64,000 nucleotides of DNA from an uncultured Hyphomicrobiales bacterium. Its GTDB lineage: Bacteria; Pseudomonadota; Alphaproteobacteria; Rhizobiales; TMED25. The notes under the pieces were generated by a model. It was not told the origin of the DNA. It saw only the letters and a list, made by a program, of their open reading frames with translations, and made no database searches. Location of the stretch: positions 81,876 through 145,875 of the forward strand of contig CAJIYR010000008.1 in the NCBI GenBank assembly GCA_905181735.1, read 5' to 3'. The position numbers and the translations under genes were made by a program. Of this stretch, positions 1 to 10,109 are shown one piece after another; position 1 is the stretch's first letter; every line of letters begins with the position of its first letter.

Positions 1-630
1 TTAAGTGGCTTGAAAAAAGTTTTTGAAGATAGGGCCTTGTGGCATTTGGCACCACTAATATGGATTACAGGTGGAGTACATATAGCTTTACTAACACTTT
101 GGACAGGTCCTTGGCTTCATGATGTTGCCGGACTAGAAAGAGAGCAGGTTGCAACGAGACTTACAATCATAGCATTGTCAGCAATATCGGGAATTTTTCT
201 AAGCGGTTTACTCGCAAAAATATTAACAAAACACAACGTCAATATTATAAAAATCCTTCAATGTCTATTAATTGTTAATATATTTTCACTAATACCATTA
301 TTTCTAATAGATCATAAAATTGCATTTTATACTTGGATTATTTTTGCCATGACAGGTCAAGGAGGGATTCTTTCATATCCATGGATTACGGAAAGATTTG
401 GCTTGTCATTGTCTTCTCGGGCTAATACAATTGTAAATCTTGGAACATTTGTAGTGGCATTTCTCATACAATATTTAATTGGTGTAATTATTGACCTTTA
501 CCCATTAACAAACAAAGGGCAATATAATCCAGACGCTTATAAAATGAGCTTTATCTTTATATTTTCATTGCAAATCTTAATTCTATTATGGTTTTTTAAA
601 GGGAAAAAGTATTTAAATTTAAATAAGTAA
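1..630 (+). CDS. MFS transporter, C-terminal part (5' truncated by window edge)
   Basis: About 6 hydrophobic helices, 'LWTGPWLHDVAGL' and 'SSRANTIVNLGTFVVAFLIQYLIG'; frame is open back to base 1. Confidence 0.75.
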   Translation, partial: LSGLKKVFEDRALWHLAPLIWITGGVHIALLTLWTGPWLHDVAGLEREQVATRLTIIALSAISGIFLSGLLAKILTKHNVNIIKILQCLLIVNIFSLIPLFLIDHKIAFYTWIIFAMTGQGGILSYPWITERFGLSLSSRANTIVNLGTFVVAFLIQYLIGVIIDLYPLTNKGQYNPDAYKMSFIFIFSLQILILLWFFKGKKYLNLNK

Positions 631-661
631 GTTTATAAATTACACTAAATTGGAGGATATG

Positions 662-1909
662 ATGCAAGTCGAAATAATCTGTACGGGAGATGAAATACTC
701 AGCGGAAAAATAATTAATTCAAACTTTTCATACATGAGCCGCAAGCTAGAGGAAGTTGGCTTATCTGTTGTTTGGGGGACAACAGTAGGTGACGATAGAA
801 AAGAATTACTTGACGCCTTCGTATTAGCTTCAAAAAGATCTGACGCTGTCATTGTTAATGGTGGACTAGGGCCGACTGTTGATGATCTGTCGCAAGAAAT
901 TGCTGCCGAAGCATCTGGAATGGAATTAGAATTAAGAGAAGATTGGCTTGGTAAAATGGAAAGTTTCTTTACTATGCGCGGTCGAACTATGACAGAAAAC
1001 AATAAAAAACAGGCAATGCTTCCAAGGACGTCGGAATTAATCGACAATCCCGTTGGAACAGCTTGTGGCTTTGCTATAAATATTGGAAAGTCTAGGTTCT
1101 TTTTTACACCAGGAGTTCCACGAGAACTATTTAGAATGCTTGAAAATGAAATTATTCCAAGATTACTCACATTATCTGGAGAAAAAGTAATTACCAAACT
1201 CAAAACATTTCATTCTTACGGTATCGGTGAATCAAGAGCGGATTCAATCTTGAATGAATCCCTTAAACTATCTCCTGATAATATTGTAAAACTTGGATTC
1301 CAAGCTCATTATCCTCAACTTGAAACAAAACTATATATCAAAGCATCATCTTTAGAACAAATAGAAAAAAACCTTAAACCAGTTGAAAATGACATAAGAG
1401 ATAAACTAAATAACTTTATCTTTGCTGAAGACAAGGATACATTGGAAGGCGTTATTATCAGAAAATTAGCAAAAAATAACGAAACCATCGCTATCGCAGA
1501 ATTAAAAACAAACGGAGGAACTGCAGCTCGGTTATCTTCGGAAGATTTTAATGGAGAGATTCTAAAATGTGGAATATTTGCTAATAATATTGAGAATATC
1601 TATGAACAATTTGATATTCAAGAAAAAAATACCTTAGATCTTAAAGGATCTGATATCATTGCTTCGACAATTAGAAAGCTATTTTCTGCATCTTACGGAT
1701 TATCCGTGATAATTAAAAACACTCTAGATAATGAAGCTGAAGCCTACATTTCCCTATCTGACTCAGAGAACATTATATCAAGAATAGGATACTTTGTTGG
1801 AGACGAGCAAAGAATTAGATTAGGTGCAGTTGAGATGGCATTAGATTGTCTTAGGAGGTATCTTCAGGATTTACCGTTTAATGAAAAATCAGATTTTGAA
1901 AAACTGTAA
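662..1909 (+). CDS. cinA: CinA-like protein (MoCF-like/COG1058 N-domain plus degenerate PncC C-domain)
   Basis: 'IICTGDEILSG', 'TVGDD', 'NGGLGPTVDDLS', 'NPVGTACG', 'PGVPREL'; SD GGAGG at 652-656 favours ATG at 662. Confidence 0.85.
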   Translation: MQVEIICTGDEILSGKIINSNFSYMSRKLEEVGLSVVWGTTVGDDRKELLDAFVLASKRSDAVIVNGGLGPTVDDLSQEIAAEASGMELELREDWLGKMESFFTMRGRTMTENNKKQAMLPRTSELIDNPVGTACGFAINIGKSRFFFTPGVPRELFRMLENEIIPRLLTLSGEKVITKLKTFHSYGIGESRADSILNESLKLSPDNIVKLGFQAHYPQLETKLYIKASSLEQIEKNLKPVENDIRDKLNNFIFAEDKDTLEGVIIRKLAKNNETIAIAELKTNGGTAARLSSEDFNGEILKCGIFANNIENIYEQFDIQEKNTLDLKGSDIIASTIRKLFSASYGLSVIIKNTLDNEAEAYISLSDSENIISRIGYFVGDEQRIRLGAVEMALDCLRRYLQDLPFNEKSDFEKL

Positions 1910-1918
1910 ATTTTAACT

Positions 1919-2941
1919 TTATTTTATTTTATTTAATAATATTTCTAGATTTGATGGATCTAGCTTTATTTCACCGCTATGCGTCATCTTTGCGATTTCG
2001 ACAACTGCGTCATTATAAGGCGTTAGGATACCCAATTTTTTTCCTTCTTCCGAAACTCTTCCGTTGATAAATTCAATCTCACTTCTCCTATCCTTAGCAT
2101 GATCTTGAGCGGCATGTGTACGGGCATTAGGGCCAACATCATTAACCATTCGCTTCATGACCAATTCAGCGGCACCTTCTCCAGCATTTCCTATCTCATC
2201 TGTTGTAAGACCGAACAAAGGCTCTATCATATGACCTAAAGCTTGCCCTACTTTAAAAGACTCTTTTCCTACCCCTACAGAGAAATCAAACATACCAGGT
2301 AATTTTATAGCTTCCCAATTTTTAAGATTTAATGATGAGAAAGGACAAGTCATTGAATTAGCGATTAATTTAGTCCATTTAGCTCCATAAACATTATCAG
2401 TAATATCGCAATTGCCAACATGCTTCATTAATGATTGTATCTCTAAAAGTCTTTCGGTTTTTTTGCCATCCAACTCACCAACAGCAAACCACGTCCCTGT
2501 AGGAACGGTATTACGTTGAACAATTCCTGGGATAAAGGCTTCACAGCTTAATTCAACTACAGCCCCTACTGTTCTATCCTTACCAATCATTTCTGCATTT
2601 AAATCATCATTAAACGCATTTTGTAGCCCAATTAGTGTTCCAGTGTCCTTTAAGTAAACACTGGCATACTTTGCCATCCATTGTGTATCATAAGATTTAA
2701 CAGCCATAAATATATAGTCAAACTTTGGTTCAAAAGTAGCCAGATCACTCAGATGAAAAGCATTAACTTTTCTTGTTTTATCTTCCTCTTTGGTAATAAC
2801 ACGTAAACCATCTGATTTTATTTTATTTATATGGTCCGCCCATTGGTCAACCAATATAACGTTACATCCTGCATCGGTCATTGAAGCCGAAACACATGAT
2901 CCTATAGCTCCACCACCCAAGACACATATTTTTTTATTCAT
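1919..2941 (-). CDS. Ketopantoate reductase (PanE/ApbA) family oxidoreductase
   Basis: GGGAIG Rossmann motif, 'AVKSYDT', 'LQN', 'KWTKLIAN', 'SEIEFING'. Confidence 0.85.
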   Translation of the reverse strand: MNKKICVLGGGAIGSCVSASMTDAGCNVILVDQWADHINKIKSDGLRVITKEEDKTRKVNAFHLSDLATFEPKFDYIFMAVKSYDTQWMAKYASVYLKDTGTLIGLQNAFNDDLNAEMIGKDRTVGAVVELSCEAFIPGIVQRNTVPTGTWFAVGELDGKKTERLLEIQSLMKHVGNCDITDNVYGAKWTKLIANSMTCPFSSLNLKNWEAIKLPGMFDFSVGVGKESFKVGQALGHMIEPLFGLTTDEIGNAGEGAAELVMKRMVNDVGPNARTHAAQDHAKDRRSEIEFINGRVSEEGKKLGILTPYNDAVVEIAKMTHSGEIKLDPSNLEILLNKIK

Positions 2942-3000
2942 TGATATTATTATCCCTTTATTAAAATAACTCTACAAACAGAGTATCACAATATGAAATA

Positions 3001-5760
3001 TTATTCAGCTAAGCAAATTTTAGCAGCCGAGAATTTAAATTCTGGTATTTTTGCCACAGGATCAAGTCTTGAACTTGTCAGCACATTGGCAGCTGCTTCT
3101 GTATAACAAAACGGAACAAAAACTACTCCCTCCGGTACATCAGGGTCCTGTCTTGCATTCATTGTTATTTCACCTCGACGCGTTGATATTGTAACTTTGT
3201 TGCCTGGGTATATATTAAATTTCTCCATATCATACTTATTTAAACAAATTATAGGATCCGGTTCAATAGAATTTAATATACTTGCCCTTCTAGTCATTGC
3301 TCCAGTATGCCAATGCTCCAATAGTCGTCCAGTCGTTAATACCATCGGATAGTCATCGTCTGGGGTCTCAGCCGGCGGAACTATAGATGTGGGTACTATC
3401 AATGCTCTACCATCTTTTGTAGGAAAACTATCACCAAACAATATATTTTCACCTTTATTATCTGGAGATAAACAAGGATAGGTAACAGATTCTTCTCTAA
3501 CTAATCTTTCCCAAGTAATGTTATTCAAAGAATTCATGACCTCAGACATCTCTTTAAATATATCTTTTGGATGGGTATAGTTCCAATCAAGTCCAATATG
3601 TTTTGCCAACTCAGTTATGATATACCAATCTTCTTTTGCATCAGCTGGCGGCTTAACAACTTGTCTTCCAATTTGAATTTGTCTATTTGTATTAGTATAA
3701 GTGCCCCATTTTTCTGCATGGGTTGAAGCCGGTAAAATAACATCCGCATTCCAAGCAGTCTCAGTGAGAAATATTTCTTGAACAACAAGGAAATCAAGGG
3801 CAGCAATTGCTTTACGGGTATGTATTGTATCTGGGTCTGACATTGCAGGGTTTTCACCAAGAATAAACATTGCTTTTATATTAGAAGCATGGATTTCATC
3901 GATAATTTCAACTGCTGTAAGGCCGGCTTCATTGCTTAAATCTTTGCCCCAAAATTCTTGATACATTTTTCTAACCAATTCATCTTGAACAGAATTGTAA
4001 TCAGGATATACCATTGGGATAAGACCAGCATCTGAGGCACCTTGCACATTATTTTGTCCACGCAATGGGTGAAGACCAGTTCCATCTTTACCAATATGAC
4101 CTGATATTAAAGCTAATGAGATCAGGCATCTAGCGTTTTCTGTTCCATGCACATGCTGTGAAATTCCCATACCCCAAAATATAATTGATTTATCCGATTT
4201 AGCGTATAATCTTGCAATATCTATGATTACAGATGCATTTATACCGCATATTTTTTCCATATTCTCCGGTGAAAAGTCTTTTGTCTCTTCAACAAGCTCT
4301 TCAAACCCTATTGTTCTATTCTTTATAAAATTAGTATCGTATAATTTTTCTCTGATAATTGTATGTATCATCGCATTTAGCAAAGCCAAATCTTGCCCAG
4401 GTTTAAATTGAACTATATGATCAGCATATTTCGCTAAACCTTGCTTTTGCCCTCTTGGGTCAATCAATATTAATTTTGAACCTTTTTTTATAGCGTTTTT
4501 TATATACGTAGAAGCAACAGGATGGTTTTCTGAAGGCCTTGCTCCAATAACGATAATACAATCTGATTTTAGAGCATCTGTAAATGGAGCTGTTACAGCT
4601 GCAGAATTCAGGGATTCCATTAAAGCAAAAACAGAAGAGGCGTGGCAGAGTCGAGTACAGTGATCTACATTATTAGATATAAATCCTTGCCGAATTAATT
4701 TTTGGAATAAATAAGCTTCTTCATTCGAACATTTTGCGGAACCAAATCCAGCAATGCTTTTGCCGCCGTATTGATCAGATGTTTCTTTTAAATTTTTAGC
4801 AGCCGAACTTAGAGCTTCTTCCCAAGAAGCTTCACGGAAATAATCTTTTATATTAGAATTATCAATCTTGAGATCAAAACTCTTGGTATTTTTATCTATC
4901 CTTATTAGGGGGGTTAGCAATCTATCTGGATGAGATATATAATCAAAACCAAATCTGCCCTTTACACATAAACGACTTTCATTTGATGGGCCATCTCTGC
5001 CATCAATTGATATTATTTTATTACCTTTTACCTTAACATTTGTTTGGCAACCAACCCCACAGTAAGGACACAAAGTATCTACACTTCTGTCTGGATAATG
5101 TTCTCTAACATTTGATTTGTTTAGTAAATTTGATTCCATTAATGCACCGGTAGGGCACACTTGAACACATTCTCCACATGAAACGCATGTCGATTCACCT
5201 AATTCACTATCAAAATCAAATATAATTTTTGACTTACTTCCTCTATAAGCCATGCCAATAACATCGTTAACCTGAACCTCTCTGCAAGCCTGTACACATA
5301 AATTACAATTGATACAAGAATCGAGATTAACTGTAATTGCTTGGTGTGTATTATCAACATCAGGTTTGGATGTAGTTGGAAATCTAGAACTTACATTGCC
5401 ATTAATTGCAGACGCCCATTTTAATAAATTTGATTGAGGATCGTGAACTGATGAATTTTTAGGTTGGTCTGCCATTAGCAATTCAAAGACCATACTTCTT
5501 GCTTTCTTAGACCTGGAAGAATTAGTCTCAATTTCCATACCGTCAGTTGGCTTTCTAATGCAAGAGGCCACAAGATTTTTTTCACCTTTTATTTCAACCA
5601 TGCAGGCTCTGCAATTCCCATCAGCTTTATATCCAGATTGGGTTGAGTAACATAAATGAGGTATCTCTATATCCATCCTTTTGGATATTTCCCAAATAGA
5701 TTCATCTTGAGATGCGGTTACCTCTTGATTATTTATTTTAAATTTTACGTACTTATTGAT
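3001..5760 (-). CDS. fdhA: NAD-dependent formate dehydrogenase alpha subunit (Mo/W-bis-PGD, Cys ligand); proposed ATC start
   Basis: 'IPHLCY..DGNCRACMVE', two CxxCxxC clusters, 'CPYCGVGC', 'NNVDHCTRLCHASS', 'PLRGQNNVQG'; frame extends upstream of 5676 as INKYVKFKINNQEVTASQDESIWEISKR up to a TGA at 5764-5766. Confidence 0.93.
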   Translation of the reverse strand: MNKYVKFKINNQEVTASQDESIWEISKRMDIEIPHLCYSTQSGYKADGNCRACMVEIKGEKNLVASCIRKPTDGMEIETNSSRSKKARSMVFELLMADQPKNSSVHDPQSNLLKWASAINGNVSSRFPTTSKPDVDNTHQAITVNLDSCINCNLCVQACREVQVNDVIGMAYRGSKSKIIFDFDSELGESTCVSCGECVQVCPTGALMESNLLNKSNVREHYPDRSVDTLCPYCGVGCQTNVKVKGNKIISIDGRDGPSNESRLCVKGRFGFDYISHPDRLLTPLIRIDKNTKSFDLKIDNSNIKDYFREASWEEALSSAAKNLKETSDQYGGKSIAGFGSAKCSNEEAYLFQKLIRQGFISNNVDHCTRLCHASSVFALMESLNSAAVTAPFTDALKSDCIIVIGARPSENHPVASTYIKNAIKKGSKLILIDPRGQKQGLAKYADHIVQFKPGQDLALLNAMIHTIIREKLYDTNFIKNRTIGFEELVEETKDFSPENMEKICGINASVIIDIARLYAKSDKSIIFWGMGISQHVHGTENARCLISLALISGHIGKDGTGLHPLRGQNNVQGASDAGLIPMVYPDYNSVQDELVRKMYQEFWGKDLSNEAGLTAVEIIDEIHASNIKAMFILGENPAMSDPDTIHTRKAIAALDFLVVQEIFLTETAWNADVILPASTHAEKWGTYTNTNRQIQIGRQVVKPPADAKEDWYIITELAKHIGLDWNYTHPKDIFKEMSEVMNSLNNITWERLVREESVTYPCLSPDNKGENILFGDSFPTKDGRALIVPTSIVPPAETPDDDYPMVLTTGRLLEHWHTGAMTRRASILNSIEPDPIICLNKYDMEKFNIYPGNKVTISTRRGEITMNARQDPDVPEGVVFVPFCYTEAAANVLTSSRLDPVAKIPEFKFSAAKICLAE

Positions 5761-7423
5761 GGGTCAACTCCGGAAAATACTTAATAATAGAAAGTAGGGG
5801 ATTTGGAGCTGCTTGCCCTAATCCGCATATAGACGCTTCACTCATAACGCTAGCTAAATCATTTAATAATTCTATATCCCATACTTGTTTTTTCATTAAA
5901 TTTAAGGCTTTTTCTGTTCCAACACGACAAGGGGTGCATTGACCACAACTCTCATGCTCAAAGAAATCCATCAAATTTATTGCTATATCCTTTATATTAT
6001 CAGCATCTGATAATATAACAACTGCATGGGATCCTACAAAACATCCGTATTTAGATAAATTATTAAAATCCAAAGGGATATCCGCCAAACGGGATGGGAG
6101 AATGCCTCCTGAAGCACCGCCAGGAAGATATCCTGTAAATTCATGACCCTTCAACATGCCACCTGAATATTCATTAATTAATTGATTAGCAGTTACGCCT
6201 GCAGGCACTATTTTAATGCCAGGATTTCTTACTCTACCGGAAACAGAATAAGTTCTTAAACCCTTAGAACCATTGATACCTTTATTTGCAAACCACTCGG
6301 ATCCATTTTTCAATATCATAGGTATCCAATATAATGTTTCAACATTATTAACTAAGGTTGGCTTGCCAAAAATCCCAACATCAGCAACATATGGGGGTCT
6401 GTGCCTAGGAAATCCTTTTTTTCCTTCAATGGATTCAATCATTGCAGACTCCTCACCACAGACGTAAGATCCAGCTCCACGCTTAATCTCTATTTCTATA
6501 TTCTTATTAATTCCACTTTTTTCAAGCTCCTTTATCTCATTCTTTAATATCTGTAATGCTGCTGGATATTCATCTCTAATGTATATGTATATTTTCTCAG
6601 CTTTAACAGTCCAAGCAGCTATTAACATTCCCTCTATGAATGAGCATGGATTATTCTCAAGATAATATTTATCCTTAAATGTTCCAGGCTCCCCTTCATC
6701 GGCATTAACGGCCAAATATTTTGGTCCATCTTTTTTTAATAAAATTTCCCATTTAACTCCTGTTGGAAAGCCAGCTCCACCTAATCCTCTAAGATTCGCA
6801 TCTTTTAAAATAGATATTATCTGCTCATCTGTAATTGTGCCATTTAAACAATTTTGGAACACAGTATACCCTGAATCTTTAACATATGCAGCGTGGTTTA
6901 TATAATTAGGGATAGAAAGTTTATGGTTATCGTTATTAATATGTGCGTTAACTTTTTCTTGCGTTGCTGATTCGATATGCAGCTTATTGACCTCACAAAC
7001 AGGTGCTTTGTCACACCTACCCATGCATGGAGCCTTTACCACTCTATAACCAGAAGCAGATGATTCCTTTAAATCATTATATAGATTTTCGCTATTAAAC
7101 ATATGGCATGTTACAGAATTACAAACTCTAATAGTCTGAACAGTTAACCTGTCATCTAAATCAGAAATAATGTCAAAATGAGCATAAAATGATGCGACTT
7201 CTAATGTTTCGGCCATTGGTATGCGTAACAAATCAGCTAGTGCATGCAAATTACCATAGGTAATGCAATGAAACTCATCTTGAATTAGATGAAGATACTC
7301 TATTAAGTCCTCCCTCTTATATATAGACAACCCCAGAAAATTCGATATTTCTTCTCTCTCAGAATCTTTTAGTAGCCGACCTTTTGTATAACCTTTTTTA
7401 GGTTTATCTTTATCGCGCATCAT
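5753..7423 (-). CDS. NAD-dependent formate dehydrogenase beta subunit (fused NuoE-like 2Fe-2S and NuoF-like FMN/NADH domains)
   Basis: 'VCNSVTC..APCMGRC', 'LRGLGGAGFPTG', 'NADEGEPGTFKD', 'GAGSYVCGEE', 'ESCGQCTPCR', 'SICGLG'. Confidence 0.92.
   Translation of the reverse strand: MMRDKDKPKKGYTKGRLLKDSEREEISNFLGLSIYKREDLIEYLHLIQDEFHCITYGNLHALADLLRIPMAETLEVASFYAHFDIISDLDDRLTVQTIRVCNSVTCHMFNSENLYNDLKESSASGYRVVKAPCMGRCDKAPVCEVNKLHIESATQEKVNAHINNDNHKLSIPNYINHAAYVKDSGYTVFQNCLNGTITDEQIISILKDANLRGLGGAGFPTGVKWEILLKKDGPKYLAVNADEGEPGTFKDKYYLENNPCSFIEGMLIAAWTVKAEKIYIYIRDEYPAALQILKNEIKELEKSGINKNIEIEIKRGAGSYVCGEESAMIESIEGKKGFPRHRPPYVADVGIFGKPTLVNNVETLYWIPMILKNGSEWFANKGINGSKGLRTYSVSGRVRNPGIKIVPAGVTANQLINEYSGGMLKGHEFTGYLPGGASGGILPSRLADIPLDFNNLSKYGCFVGSHAVVILSDADNIKDIAINLMDFFEHESCGQCTPCRVGTEKALNLMKKQVWDIELLNDLASVMSEASICGLGQAAPNPLLSIIKYFPELTHQ
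5768..5771 (-). promoter_or_regulatory. Shine-Dalgarno GGAG 7 nt upstream of proposed ATC start of FDH alpha
   Basis: Minus strand reads GGAG-TTGACCC-ATC-AAT-AAG. Confidence 0.6.
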
Positions 7424-7488
7424 ATTTTACATACTTTTTTGATTAAAATTATATAAGGTCAATATAAATCTTATAAACTAAAATCTAA

Positions 7489-9165
7489 TTAAAACAAACC
7501 TTCTATATTTCCAGATATATCTAATTTTATAGATTCTGCTGCAGGCTTTCTTGGAAGACCTGGCATTGTCATTATGTCACCAGCAATAGCAACTATAAAA
7601 CCTGCACCAGCAGATAGCCTGACATCTTTTATTTCGATTTTATGCCCAATAGGTGCATTTTTTAATTTTGGATCTGTAGAAAAAGAGTATTGTGTCTTAG
7701 CCATACATACAGGGAAATGACCATACCCCAAATTCTCCCAGTCTTTTAGTTGATTGATAACTTTTACTGAGAGAAAAACTTCAGAAGCTCTGTATATATC
7801 TGTAGTTATCTTTTTAATTTTATCTACTAACAACGTATCATTATCATAAAGCAAATTAAAGTTTGAAGCGTCTTCGTCACAAATCCTAACAACTTCCTTG
7901 GCTAAGACCTCTATACCCTCGCTTCCATCAGACCAGTGAGATGCAATAATTACCTTGCAATCAAAATCTTTTAATCTCTTGGACACAATGTCTAATTCCG
8001 AATCTGAATCTTTGGTAAACTTATTAATAGACACGACCACCTCTACACCAAATTTTCTCATATTATCAATATGCTGAATTAAATTATCACATCCCTTTTC
8101 TACAGCCTTAACATTCTCTGTCCCTAAATCTTTTACTGTGACACCACCATGCATTTTTAATGCTCTAACCGTAGCAACAATAACAACCGCAGATGGTTGA
8201 ACTCCCATACTCCTGCACTTAATATCAAAGAATTTCTCAGCACCTAAATCAGCCCCAAAACCAGCTTCGGTAACAACATAATCTGCCATCTTTAATGCCG
8301 TATCTGTAGCAATTACAGAATTACAACCATGGGCTATATTTGCAAAAGGACCACCATGAACAAAGGCAGGGTTATTTTCTAGAGTTTGCACAATATTTGG
8401 CATAAAAGCATCCTTTAACAAAACTGCCATTGCATCATTTGCTTTTATTTGCCTTGCGGTTACAGGTTTTTTATCTCTTGTGTAAGCTACAACTATGTTT
8501 CCTAACCTTTCGGTTAGATCTTCAAGATCATTTGCTAGACAGAATATAGCCATAACCTCCGAAGCAACTGTTATATCAAATCCATCATTTCTAGAAAATC
8601 CATTGGAAACACCCCCAAGAGAAGAAACTATTTCTCTAAGAGCTCTATCATTCATATCAACAACTCTCCTGATCACAACACGTCTTGTATCTATGTTTAA
8701 ATCATTCCCCCAATATACGTGATTATCAACCATCGCGCACAACAAGTTATGAGCTACGCCAATTGCATGAAAATCTCCGGTAAAATGTAAATTGATATCT
8801 TCCATCGGGATAACTTGTGCCTTGCCCCCTCCGGCCGCTCCACCTTTCATACCAAAACATGGTCCTAGAGAAGGCTCTCTAATGCATATAAGCGCTTTTT
8901 TTCCTATTTTATTTAATCCGTCTCCTAAGCCAACGGTTGTTGTTGTTTTTCCTTCGCCTGCAGGAGTCGGTGTAATGGCAGTAACTAAAATAAGTTTACC
9001 TTTTTTATTGCCTTTAATTTTTTTAATAAAATCTTCTGATATCTTTGCTTTATATTTTCCGTATAGAGACAACATATCAGACGGTATTCCAATATTATTT
9101 GCAACATCTGTAATAGGCTTTATATTAGCTTCTCTCGCTATCTCAATATCTGTTTTAACTACCAT
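7489..9165 (-). CDS. fhs: Formate--tetrahydrofolate ligase
   Basis: '[11 protein letters not shown]', 'GGAAGGG', '[11 protein letters not shown]', '[10 protein letters not shown]', 'AKTQYS', 'MTMPGL'. Confidence 0.97.
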   Translation of the reverse strand: MVVKTDIEIAREANIKPITDVANNIGIPSDMLSLYGKYKAKISEDFIKKIKGNKKGKLILVTAITPTPAGEGKTTTTVGLGDGLNKIGKKALICIREPSLGPCFGMKGGAAGGGKAQVIPMEDINLHFTGDFHAIGVAHNLLCAMVDNHVYWGNDLNIDTRRVVIRRVVDMNDRALREIVSSLGGVSNGFSRNDGFDITVASEVMAIFCLANDLEDLTERLGNIVVAYTRDKKPVTARQIKANDAMAVLLKDAFMPNIVQTLENNPAFVHGGPFANIAHGCNSVIATDTALKMADYVVTEAGFGADLGAEKFFDIKCRSMGVQPSAVVIVATVRALKMHGGVTVKDLGTENVKAVEKGCDNLIQHIDNMRKFGVEVVVSINKFTKDSDSELDIVSKRLKDFDCKVIIASHWSDGSEGIEVLAKEVVRICDEDASNFNLLYDNDTLLVDKIKKITTDIYRASEVFLSVKVINQLKDWENLGYGHFPVCMAKTQYSFSTDPKLKNAPIGHKIEIKDVRLSAGAGFIVAIAGDIMTMPGLPRKPAAESIKLDISGNIEGLF

Positions 9166-9189
9166 TTATTTTCTTTCGTATTTGCATTG

Positions 9190-10098
9190 CTATTCAAATT
9201 TATCGCCAATTTTTATTTTATTATCTTTAATGTAATCATTAGCGGATATTTTTTCTTTATTTACCCTTACTTTTTTTACAAGTATAGAATCTTGACCTGC
9301 TCCAACTACAATTCCATCATTATTTATATTGATTATTTCTCCAATATTTCCAGTCAATTCTATATATGCAGCATCATAAATTTTAACTTCAACATCGTTA
9401 AATGAAGTCCATGCCCCGGGCTGTGGATTGCTCGCTCTTATTTGATTATATATAGAGCGTGCAGAATTAGACCAATCTATTTTTGATTCAAGCTTACCAA
9501 ACCACGATTCATAGCTACCATCATTTCTTTTCTGGTATAATTTTGGTGCAATGCCCATTTCAACCAATTCAATCGACTCTGCTATAGCTTCAAGGCCTAA
9601 CGGAAATAACTTATTAAAATACAATGACCCTAAAGTATCATCGGAATCAATATCACAATATTTTTGCAATAAAACAGGGCCTGTATCAAGTCCGTCATCT
9701 GGCCAAAATATTGTTATTCCAGTTTTTGTTTCACCGCTATATATCGGCCAATTGATTGACGAAGGTCCTTTATGCATTGGTAAAATGGAAGGATGATATT
9801 GGATTGTCCCATATTTAGGTTCATCTAATATAGCTTTTGGGACCATCAACAAAACATAAGCCATTACGCATAAGTCCGCTTCAAATGATTTTATTTTCTC
9901 CAATGCCTCTGGGTTCTTCCAACTTGAAGGTTGGTAGACTGGCAAACCCTTTTCTCTTGCTAGCTCAACAAGCGGATCAACTTTTAAATTTTCTATATCT
10001 GGAGCCGAACATACTGCAACAATATTTTTATTGTTTTCTAATAAATTCTCTAAGACCGCTTTACCAAAAGCTTGTTGCCCATGTAAAATAATTTTCAT
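9190..10098 (-). CDS. Formyltransferase-fold protein resembling the ALDH1L (10-formyl-THF dehydrogenase) N-terminal domain
   Basis: 'HGQQAFG', 'IQYHPSILPMHKGPSSINW', 'IFWPDDGLDTGPVLLQK', 'LFPLG', C-terminal FMT domain 'IRASNPQPGAW'. Confidence 0.85.
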   Translation of the reverse strand: MKIILHGQQAFGKAVLENLLENNKNIVAVCSAPDIENLKVDPLVELAREKGLPVYQPSSWKNPEALEKIKSFEADLCVMAYVLLMVPKAILDEPKYGTIQYHPSILPMHKGPSSINWPIYSGETKTGITIFWPDDGLDTGPVLLQKYCDIDSDDTLGSLYFNKLFPLGLEAIAESIELVEMGIAPKLYQKRNDGSYESWFGKLESKIDWSNSARSIYNQIRASNPQPGAWTSFNDVEVKIYDAAYIELTGNIGEIININNDGIVVGAGQDSILVKKVRVNKEKISANDYIKDNKIKIGDKFE

Positions 10099-10109
10099 AA
10101 AAAACTCAC

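Noticed and set aside
5740-5775. FDH beta-alpha fusion via programmed frameshift, or selenocysteine in FDH
   Set aside because: No slippery site or stimulatory hairpin is seen, beta ends normally, an SD precedes alpha, and the metal ligand codon is Cys with no in-frame TGA
9190-10098. Annotation as housekeeping methionyl-tRNA formyltransferase (fmt)
   Set aside because: Motifs are closer to the ALDH1L N-domain, no def is adjacent, and the gene is embedded between frc and fhs; not fully excluded without the whole genome
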